Assembly: GCA_951406725.2 (NCBI GenBank)
Contig: OX597833.1
Coordinates: forward strand, 40,796,001-40,860,000
DNA: 64,000 bases
Direction: 5' to 3'
Source: Octopus vulgaris
Taxonomy: Eukaryota
Shown: positions 53,120-64,000 of the stretch, piece by piece
Position numbering within the stretch: the first letter of the stretch is position 1
Layout: the number at the start of each line of letters is the position of its first letter
Translations under genes and position numbers: made by a program
Notes under the pieces: model-generated
Database searches by the model: none
Told to the model about the DNA's origin: nothing
Seen by the model: only the letters and a program-made list of their open reading frames with translations

Positions 53120-53314
53120 CCACCACTAGCATCACCACCATTACCGTCATTACCGCCATATTTCCACCCACCTCCGCTCTTGCCATCGGAGACTTAGGCT
53201 ATTGTCGACATCTCTATACTGTTAGCACTGCCTCTGCCATCGTAAACCACCACCGCTACGCCCACCACAACCACTGCCACTGTTAGCATGATTGCCGTCA
53301 TTGTCAGCATCACA

Positions 53315-53760
53315 CCGCCACCACCACCACCACCACCACCACCACCACCATCACCACCACCACCACCACCACCACCACCACCACTACCACCACCACTGCC
53401 ACTGCCACTACCACCACCACCACCATCACCACTACCACCTCCACCACCACCACTAAACCACCACCACCACCCACCACTAAACCACCACCACTTCATCACC
53501 ACTACCACTTCACCACCACCACCACCACCACCACCACCACCACCACCACCACCACTAAACCACCACCACCACCATTATCACCATCACCACCACCACCACT
53601 ACCCCCATCACCACCACTGCGACTACCACCACCACCAACACCACCACCACCACTACCACCATCACCACCACCACCACTACCACCACCACTGCCACCACCA
53701 CCACCACCACCACCACCACCACCACCACCACCACCAGCAGCAACAACAACAATAGCAACA
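53315..53760. repeat. (CCA)n trinucleotide field
   Basis: Directly visible; a similar tract is at 52160-52338. Confidence 0.95.
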
Positions 53761-54282
53761 GTAATACTATCGAACATGTAGCATCGTCAGCAACATCACC
53801 AATACCACTACTTTCACCATAAGAACAAGCCATCACCATTACCATCACCATCACTACCTCCACTACCACCACCAACAACACCAACACCACCATAACCCCC
53901 CACTGTTTTAGTCGAATAAGAGAGGCGTGGTGTTTGTTTCTTAATGTGTGTGTGTGTACGTGCGAGTTTGCTTGTGTGTGTGTTGCTGTGTGTTATTGTG
54001 TGTTGCTGTGTGTGTGAGTGTTGCTGTCTGTGGCTGTGTGTATATATACGCGCGCGCTCGTGAATTATACCTTAACGCTTCGTTACACGAGCGAGGAAAC
54101 GCAGGTGTGACTGAAGCGACCCCTGTTGTGAAGGACCGGCTTTACTGACGTTCCGACAGGATTTTGACGATATTGGATAGTGTATGTATGTATGTATGTA
54201 TGTATGTATGTATGTATGTATGTATGTATGTATGTATGCATGTATGTATGTATGTATGTATGTATATGTGTATGTATGTATG

Positions 54283-54314
<32 letters not shown>

Positions 54315-54429
54315 TGTATGTATGTATGTATGTATGTATGTATGCAAATGTGTATGTATGCCAGTGTGTATGTGTGTATATGTATGTGCATATACATGAG
54401 TAGCATGTATATATATATGTGTGTGCAAA

Positions 54430-54827
54430 TCTCTCTCTATATAAAGCTGAAGTTGTCTGTGTATGGCAGGTTCGGTAGCCTTCAACTAATGCTATCTCCT
54501 CCGAGACTCTGCGGCGCAAGTTGACCAAAATTTAGAGTATGATAGAAGAAGGCTTGCGCTTCATTTCGTAGAAGAAAAAATTCGAATCGGACCATGTTAA
54601 CACCAAAAATTATTTACATCAAAAAAGTGCTTTTTTTCTATGAAAATCCCTATTTTTTATGATTTTTTTACTGCTGTGTCGTCATTTTTTGGTGTATTTC
54701 AACCAGAAAAATGTTCACTTAAAGAGAATAACAAGCTACATAATGCGAAATTTTTACTTTTCAAAAATTCCAATTCTAAAGGGTCGAAAAGAAAACAAAC
54801 CCGAGCAACGCCGAGCGATACTGCTAG
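54430..54827 (+). mobile_element. Non-autonomous Helitron-like element
   Basis: A|TC...tatataaagctgaag 5' end; cccgagcaacgccgagc-like hairpin and CTAG|T 3' end. Similar 5' ends at ~43883, 46297, 46844, 46950 and 63859. Confidence 0.7.
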
Positions 54828-55367
54828 TATATTTATATAAGTGTGCACTCATGTATGTATTTACGTATGTATATACACATATATGTATATATATAGGCAT
54901 GTATATATGCATTTATATATGCATGTATTACAGCCATAACTGCCAACATAATTAAGCGAGGCTTTCGGTAGAACCTAAGAATTCTCCTCTTGAAAATTAT
55001 AAACTAACATAAGCATCCGTGAACTTTTCTGAAATATAACAATCTCACTTTTTCAACAAGTCGACATGCTCAATCTATTAATAATAACATTTAATTCACC
55101 TCGATATCATTTTCAACCACCTTTAAAAAAATAATAAAGGCTCAGACAAGTGTTATGCTCGACTCTTTTACTTGTTTCAGTCATTTGACTGTGGCCATGC
55201 TGGAGCACCGCCTTTAGTCGATCGAGCAAATCGACCCCAGCACTTATTCTTTGTAAGCCTAGTACTTATTCTATCGGTCTCTTTTGCCGAACCGCTAAGT
55301 TACGGGGACGTAAACACACCAGCATCGGTTGTCAAGCGATGTTGGGAGGACAAACACAGACACACAA

Positions 55368-55420
<53 letters not shown>

Positions 55421-56194
55421 CATACATATATACGACGGGATTCTTTCAGTTTCCGTCTACCAAATCCATTCACAAGGCTTTGGTCGGCTCGAGGCTATAG
55501 TAAAAACACTTGCCCAAGGTGCCACGCAGTGGGACTGAACCCAGAACCATGTGGGTCGTAAGCAAGCTACAACAAGTGCATCGATGTCTGAGGATACCAC
55601 TACAACAAGTGCATAGATGTCTGAGGATACCACTTTGAAAGAGATTATACTTTTGCACTTCTTTGAAACTAATAAACAACGCTCCTAGAAAGTCTCAAAA
55701 CTTCTGGAATACACCTTGTATAAAATAAATAAAGATGATAAAAACAATCCATGGGTTACAAAACAAAACTTCGAGGTTTTATTATCAAATTGAGTCGTTG
55801 GAGGACTATTACTGCTATAAATGTTCTGTGTCAGGACTCATTTCTCAGTAAATATTAGCCTTTAGCTGATGTCCTTCAAATTATCATTGAACATCTTTCC
55901 AGTCTGCAAGATGAGCTAAACTGAATGGAAGATTCGTCGATTAAAAAAAGGGAAAAACTTGGCATTTTCTTTTAGATCACTTAACCGTCTCTTTTTAGTT
56001 TTAAAATTAACGAAAATCTTAGTATAGAGTTTGAACTTAGTATAGACTTGCAAACTGATGACATCGTGAAACCATGTCATTCTCGGAAGCAAGAGTTGAG
56101 GTGACTCGATTCCCAAATCAGTTCCAAATATAAGAAATCAACGAGAGAGACCGAACGAGTACTTTTATCATTTTCAACAATATATATATTTTTG

Positions 56195-56490
56195 TGGAGG
56201 CACTTGGCCTAGTGGTTAGAGCAGCGGACTCGCGGTCGAGGGATCGCGGGTTCGAATTTCAGACCGGGCGATGTTTGTGTTTATGAGCGAAACACCTAAG
56301 CTCCACGCAGCTCAGGCAGAAGGTAATGGCAAACTTCTGCTGACTCTTTCGCCACAACTTTCTCTCACTCTTTCCTCCTGCATCTTGCAGCTCACCTGCG
56401 ACGGACCGGCGTCCCGTCCAGGTGGGGAACCTATACGCTAAGGGAAACTGGCGCTTATGAGCCAGGCTTGGCTCGAAAAGGAACAAACAA
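56195..56490 (+). mobile_element. tRNA-derived SINE (family A)
   Basis: A/B boxes; body homologous to 1132-1431. Confidence 0.9.
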
Positions 56491-57657
56491 TATTTATTTT
56501 TAGGGATCTGTTAACAACAAAAAGGGACGTCTCTGCGTCAGATAGCCCAGTGATTCCTGTGAGTGAAATTAACCTACTTCACTCAATTAGTGCCGCAGAA
56601 CAAAGCTCAAGGTTCTGACTAGAAGTACATATTTTCTTTGGACATGCATTAAATTCGGTTATAATTATGGAATAAAAGTTCTTGCAACTTTAATTTTATT
56701 TTTGTATTTCTCTTTAATTAAATATTCAAAATTAATTATATTTCAGTTTGTTTGGGCGAAATAAAGAATGCTTTCTTCTTATTAAACTTATTACTCTGGT
56801 GATTGTTATATTAAAAATAAAGCAACGAATATACTTTCCAGTCAAATGGAATGATTTCGTGCAAATTAACGTCTACGAAGGAGGAACGTAAAGTGGAACG
56901 CTGAAAAACACTGCTCAATGTGGTTGCTCCTTCTGTTAGAAATAGCAGCTAAATTCCCTTGACGTTATACCTTATTTATTTCTTTATTGCCCACGGGGGG
57001 CTAAACATAGAGGGGACAAACAAGGACAGACAAACGGATTAAGTCGATTGCATCGACTCCGAAAGGATGAAAGACAAAGTCGACCTCAGCGGAATTTGAA
57101 CTCAGAACGTAATGACAGACGAAATACCTATTTTTTTACTACCCACAAGGGGCTTAACACAGAGAGGACAAACAAGGACAGACAAACGGATTAAGTCGAT
57201 TATATCGAGCCCAGAGCGTAACTGGTACTTATTTAATCGACCCCGAAAGGATGAAAGGCAAAGTCGACCTCGGCGGAATTTGAACTCAGAAGGTAACGGA
57301 AGACGAAATACGGCTACGCATTTCGCCCGGCGTTCTAACGTTTCTGCCAGCTCGCTGTCCTCTGAAATTATACCCTATTATCTTACAAAAAGACAGACAT
57401 ATCATTGGATAATATAGGCTTGGATACACTGTTTGTATATGATGAGGATGCCATGGCTGGAATATTTTGATCATGAGAGGAAAATCAACAATAAAACATT
57501 TGCTTTCAAGGCTGTGTGGTTAGGAAGCTCGTTTTGCAACTACGTGATTCGGGGTTCAGTCGCACTGCGCAGCACTTTAACCAAGTGTCTTTTACTATAG
57601 CCCGGGGTCGACCAGTGCCTTGTCAATGAGTTTAGCAGGCGGAAACTCTGTGGAAAC

Positions 57658-58044
<387 letters not shown>

Positions 58045-58475
58045 CCTCAATTACTGCTTCCCATTTGCTTGGCAGACGGTCAGACCGTCATTTAAAAATG
58101 TTTTTGTTAAATATTGTTATTGTTTTTGTTGAATAAAATTAGTTGAAAAAAAAGCCTCAATAATTATGCACCAACCCAATATATTTAATCCTTATTGAAG
58201 GTTTGCAATAATTTTCACCTTAACAACAATAATAACAACAACAACAACAATAATGATAATAATGATTTCAAATTTTGGCACAAGGCCAGCACGATCAGGG
58301 AGGGGATAAATCAATTACATCGACCTCAGTGTTCAACTGGTACTTATTTTATCGACCATGGAAGGATGAAAGGTAAAGTCGACCTCGGTGGAATTTGAAC
58401 TTAGTACGTGAAGTTGGACGAACTACCGCTAAGCATGTCACCTGGCGTGCTAGCGATTCTGCCAACTCGCCGCCT

Positions 58476-58612
<137 letters not shown>

Positions 58613-58663
58613 TCACAATATAAACACTGGTAATTGCGCAACCTGATAATCGCTACCTCATGA

Positions 58664-59480
58664 GTGACAATGAAAAAACAAAATATAGTGAATAACAATA
58701 GTAATGAAACTGAAGCCAATGATGGTGACTGTGTTACACCCGGTGGGCTCAGAGATTCTGGTTCGGCTCCTGCCAGTCAATATCCAGAAAGGGATCACCA
58801 CACACTGCGTAGATGGAGCAAGCAAATTAATGCCGTGGTCATGGAGTGTTACTACCTGAGCAACCCGGTAGATAAAAATGGTGCTCATATTAGGGGTTAC
58901 GGACAACGTATGTATGATCATTGGAGAGAAAAGGGATTGTTTCAACTCACAGAACAGAGAACATGTGATCAAGCTAGAGCAATAAGAAAAAAATGTTGGT
59001 TCACAGAAGTAGAGCTTGAAGCTATCAAAAGACGGGTAATGGAAAATAGCAGCAGAAATAACAATGAAAATACATTTCTTACTAATGAGAGTAATTTCAT
59101 AGCACAGGAAAGGAGCAGTGGTAGTTTACTTGAGGAGAGACATATAGATGATCTAAAAGAAGACAATAAAACTAATGGCGACATGACAGATGAACAAAAG
59201 GTAATCTACGACAGAATAAAGGCAAGATTACAGGAGAATGATAGCGACATTATTTGCAACCTTAAAAAGGTTGATCGATGGAAATTGAACCAAGAAAGAA
59301 AAATGTCAATGAACTTCTGAAATACATCAGAACAAACAACGTCACAGAAACATATAATTTGATTAAGGCAGCAAGTATTATTGTAGCAGAAAATGTGGGT
59401 GTTGATGTAAAGAAAAAGAAACACAATAGGAGTGACAAAAGAAAAGATCCATGGTGGAAAAGAAGAATCCAGGCAGGGTT
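58664..59480 (+). mobile_element. R4/Dong-like non-LTR retrotransposon, N-terminal ORF fragment next to (AAT)n
   Basis: RRWSK...VMECYY...QRMYDHW...TEQRTCDQARAIRKK.WFTEVELEAIK and PWWKRRI motifs as recalled for R4-clade elements; frameshift near 59305. Confidence 0.75.
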
Positions 59481-59489
59481 AGACATGAT

Positions 59490-60235
59490 GGTGAATTCAT
59501 TGACCAGCTCAATTTGCCGATTGCCTGATTAATTGCCAGAGATCTGTGTGGTCACGCATTGCCTTAATGAATGTAAATCGTGTCCAGATTTTTGTTCGGT
59601 ATCTTCTTCCTATAGGCTTCTCCAAATTTTTTGAGACCCTCAATGTACAGTTCTCTGTTCAGTGTACAGCCACGTTACGGAGAAATCAGGAGCAACGCCT
59701 TTGTCATCTCCCAAACAGTCTCTATGACATTCTGTGCCGATCACTGGCTCTTGATCTTTTTGAGAAGAAATGTGACTTCGTTCCATTAACTGAGCCATTG
59801 TTTCCAGGTCATAAAGATACGCTTACGTTTCATCCATTGTCACCGGATCGGGGCGAAAACGTGTTTTCATTGGCTTCAAACGCTGCCAGCAGATCAGAGC
59901 AGACGTTCTTCTTTATCTCTTTTAGATGGGCTGTAAGCTGCTGAGATACTCACTTTGCATGCACTTTCTGTTACTCCTAGTCTTCCACCACCTTCTGTAA
60001 TGCATTGTAACCATAGCCCAGTTGTGCAACAAGCTTAAAAATATGTGACTCATCTGTCTGTGTGAATCAATTCATCCATTCGCTGACGATTATTGTCATT
60101 GGTTGCACTTGATGGACTTCCATTGTGTCTTTTGTCTTCAATACTGGTTTCCCCTTCGTTAAACGTCTTCATTCATCTGTGTATATTTCTCTTTTCAACC
60201 AAGTCATCTACGTAAACAAATTGTAGTCTTCGGCG
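59490..60235 (-). pseudogene. Decayed mariner-type transposase
   Basis: Minus-strand translation gives F.EGETSIED...SPS, KVHAK*VSQQLT (WVPHEL-like), TMDET*AYLYD (TGDETW-like) and GNA*PH (DNARPH-like), with many stops. Confidence 0.8.
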
Positions 60236-61696
60236 GATGTCGTACAGCTTGCTTCTTTCCTTCACACACGCGCGCACACACACACACACACGCGCATGCG
60301 TACACACACGCACATGCACGCACACACACAAACACTCCTCCCACATGTACATTCACACTCGGATACAGATACTCTCAAATATAAACATATATTACCTGTC
60401 AGCAAAGATAAAAATCATGGATTAATTTGAACAGGCATAATCACAATTATTGCTTACAATGAAATGTTTCTTGAATAATCTGCAACTCCATTTGAGATCA
60501 TTTAGCGACATGAGTACATATTTAGAAATAATTTACCTGTTGGAAATATTAATTCTTACATCTTATTTATTTTCAACTTCTTTTTCTGATAATAAAGGGT
60601 AAAAATAAATGTAAAGATCTCCCTTCGGTCACGACACAGACCATGGGATTGCATCTAGAAAGTTCTCCTCCGAGGCACAAATCTGGGTAAGGTTGTTTAT
60701 GGAAGACCAGCAGTCGCCCATGCATACCAGCCTCCCCTCTTCACGCCACCGATGTTATCCAAGAGAAAGGCAAAGGTTGATACAGCTTGGCACCTGTGAT
60801 GTCACAACTCATTTCTACAGCTAAGTGAACTGGAGTAACGTGAAATAAAGTGTCTTGCTCAAGACCACAACACACAGCCCGGTCTGGATCGAAGTCAATA
60901 CCTCGTGATTGGGAGCCCGGCGCTCTAACCACTGAGCCAAGCGCCTATGTTTTATCACAACAATCATTGAAGGACCACTGAGTTTAAGACATCACTTTAA
61001 GTTTTATTTCATTGCCGAGTGGGCTGTTTTACTCTCTGCATTGTCTTTTTTTTTTTTTGCTCTAAAGCGATGTCGTAAACTCCAAGATTTTTTAATTATT
61101 GCTTTCTAATTTTGGCACAAGGCCCGATGATCTCTGATTTCTAAATTGATTTTGTTATAACAATATTGGCTGCCTTTGTTAAAAAATTATTATTGCTATA
61201 CCAGGGTTGTGGAGGCACATGGCCTAGTGGTTAGAGCAGTTGACTTGCAGTCGAAGAATCGCGGGTTCAAATGTCAGACCAGGTGATATGTGTGTTTATG
61301 CGCGAAGCACCTAAGCTTCATTAATACTTTTTTCTTTCAAGTTCGTTTCCATTTCTTACCTAGTGTCTTTCTGACATCTAGGGCAAAGAAACCCATTGCA
61401 TACATTCATAAGTCACTAAAATAAACACTCCAGATTGTAAATTTACAAAATCAAATAGTTATGTAAAATAATAATAATAATAATAATAATCCTTTCTACC
61501 GTAGGCACAGTGCTCTAAATTTTGAGGGGAGGGGACTAGTCGATCACGTCTACCCCGGTGTTTCACTGGTACTTAATTTATCGATCTCGGCGGAATTTTA
61601 ATTCAGAGCGTAAGGACCAAATAATAATAATAGTAAAATAATAATAATAATAATAATAATTATTATTATTATTATTGTTGTTGTTGTTGTTGTTGT

Positions 61697-62163
61697 AGAT
61701 TGCACAGGAGGAATATAAGAAATGGAGGCACGATCAGGTTGTAAAGGTTTTACACTGGAAACTATACCAGAAATGGGGATTCGAAGCTGGAAACACATGG
61801 TATAATTATCGAGTCGAAAGACTACTGAAGTCGGAAAAATCTAAGATTTTGTGGGACTTTCTCATTCACACGGGCAAGAAGTTAGAAAATAATAGATCGG
61901 ACATAACAATTATTGATAAGGATCGCAAAGAATGAGAACGAAAAACAAAAACAAAAACAAAACAAGAAAACACGCAATCCCTTAAAATTTTAAACAGGAA
62001 GAATTTGGAGTATGAGAACAGTAAAGATCGTGCCTATAGTAATTGGTACGTTGGGAACTGCAAGCAAAGATATAGATAAATGGCCGAAGGAGATTGGAAT
62101 AGAATGCCCTGTATAGCTCTTATAGAAAGGTTGTCTCTTACGGACAGCAAAGATTATCAGAAG

Positions 62164-62165
<2 letters not shown>
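61697..62165 (+). mobile_element. R4/Dong-like retrotransposon C-terminal restriction-like endonuclease fragment
   Basis: YKKWRHDQVVKVLHW, KILWDF.I.T...NRSDI.IIDK and IVPIVIGTLG motifs; adjacent to AAT/TTA repeats. Confidence 0.8.
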
Positions 62166-62205
<40 letters not shown>

Positions 62206-63542
62206 AATCCAAACGGGAAACAAAAAAACAACAACAAGGGAACAATTACAGTATTATTATTAATAGGCGCTCAGGAAATGGAAGCAGGGAGGTATGACGT
62301 TTCGAGCGGAGCTCTTCGTCGGAAACATAAAGAAGGAAGAGAGAGGAAAGAAAGATCCCGGAGCGGGCAACGGAGATAGAGAAAAAAACGGCTGGTGTTA
62401 GGAGTAGCACATGGTGAAAGGCGGATGTTTACGATAACAAGAGCAAAGAGGGTTTTTAAAGGCAAAAGAGTGGAGACAAGGTTGGTAACGCAACAGATGT
62501 GTGTGTATGTGTGAGTGTGTGCGTGTGCGTGTGTGTATGTGTGTGTGTGTGAGGCGAGGTAAAAAAACAAAAAATATATGTATGTGTTAGTGTGTGCGTC
62601 TGTGTGTAGGCGTGTGAGGTAGGGCGAGACGGTGGTCAGCATAGCAGCAGCATAGCAGACAAAGGTCAGTAGTGAGAAAAGGGAGGAAGGAGGAAGGGAG
62701 GGAGGGGAAGGGGTGGGGGCGTATGTAGCGTGCCAGCGTGTGTTGAGTAGTAGTGTGTGTGTGTGTCCAGTGTCGTGGTAGTATTAGTGGCGAGTAGATT
62801 GAATGTGTGTAAGAGTGATGTATATGTTTAAGCAATGTGTGTATATGTGTGCGCGTGTGTGTAACGAAAAAGGGGGGGGGGTTAGGAAAAGGACTCCAGC
62901 GGAGGGGAAGATGGAAGAGTGGTCCCGCGGAGACGGGCGTGGGAAAACCCAACGACAAGCGACATCCCAGGAACGGGCGGGAGGTCTCGTCGGGTCCAAG
63001 GGCGAGGTGCATGCGGGGCGCATGCGTGCGCGAACCGGCGCAAACGCGTGTGTGCGCGAGCCTGCGAGTGTGCGCGTACGTATGTGTGCGTGTGGATGTG
63101 TGAGTGTGTCTGTGTGTATGTCTGGGTGGCAGTGTGTCCGATGAATGTATGTGAGTATGTGTGTATATATGTGTGTGCATAGATGTATGTCCGTGTGTGT
63201 GTGTGTGTGTGTATGTGTGTATGAGTGTGTATGTATGTACGTGTGGGTGTGGGGAAGTGTGTGTATGTGCATGTGTGTGCGCGAACATACAGGTGTGTGA
63301 GTGAGTGCGTGTGTGTGTATGTATGTGTGAGTGTGTATGTATGTGTGTGTAGGATGCATGTATGTGTATGGGTGTATGTATGCGTGTGTGTATGTATGTA
63401 TGTGTACGTGCTTGTGTGTGTGTATGCGTGTAGGTGTGCGCGTGTGCATGCGTGCATGTATGTGCGTATGTGTGTATATATATATATATATATATGATTG
63501 ATTGATTGATTCTAGTTTCAGCTCATGAGCTGTGGCCATATA

Positions 63543-63578
<36 letters not shown>

Positions 63579-64000
63579 TGTATGTATGTATGTATGTATG
63601 TGTCTGTATATGTTTGTGTGTCTGTGTTTGTCTCCCCAACATCGCTTGACAACCGGTGCTGGTGTGTTTACGTCCCCCGTAACTTAGCGGTTCGGCAAAA
63701 GAGACCGATAGAATAAGTACTAGGCTTACAAAGAACAAGTCCCGGGGTCGATTTGCTCGATCGACTAAAGGCGGTGCTCCAGCATGGCTACAGTCGAATG
63801 ACTGAAACAAGTAAAAGAGAGTAAAAAGAACAAGAGTAACTGTATCACTTCCAGACATCTCTCTATATATAAACGGCAGTTTGTCTGTGTGTGTTTCTGT
63901 GTGTCTGTTAGGTTGTACCCTCACCCTGACCACGGCTTTCAACCGATTCTGATGAAACTTGACACACACATAGCCCAATGTCATAATTCAAAACTAACGC

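Noticed and set aside
51608-53893. Poly-His, poly-Pro, poly-Gly and SL/ER-rich ORFs
   Set aside because: Products of (CCA)n and (CT)n tracts plus SINE sequence; no splice-consistent exon or domain.
60196-60220. YVDD motif on the minus strand suggesting reverse transcriptase
   Set aside because: The surrounding translation is the mariner N-terminal HTH region, so the match is coincidental.
62587-63539. 190-250 aa His/Thr-rich ORFs
   Set aside because: Mostly (GT)n-derived; overlapping ORFs in several frames with no recognisable domain.

Overview
AT-rich, intron-rich, microsatellite- and SINE-dense animal genomic DNA. The repeat landscape looks like an Octopus genome (inference from recalled SINE families; no database search). 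Two spliced genes sit head-to-head about 1.7 kb apart. On the minus strand is the 5' part of MROH1 (maestro heat-like repeat protein 1): five coding exons from 27857 down to 445, all GT-AG with consistent phases, continuing off the left edge. On the plus strand is a complete 181-aa APRT in four coding exons (29603-37658), with apparent substitutions in the adenine pocket. The rest is transposon debris: CR1, RTE, R4/Dong-like and jockey/L2-like LINE fragments, Tc1, mariner and hAT relics, piggyBac-type TTAA MITEs, non-autonomous Helitrons, several tRNA-derived SINE families, Penelope-like hairpin relics and long microsatellites. The most unusual items are: (i) a ~303-bp tandem dimer at 47341-47972 whose two damaged copies together reconstruct a minimal type I hammerhead ribozyme (retrozyme-like element); (ii) a perfect 77-bp inverted repeat inside an APRT intron; (iii) two SINEs with >100-bp target-site duplications; (iv) fixed-junction SINE multimers; (v) foldback elements with telomeric-repeat centres.
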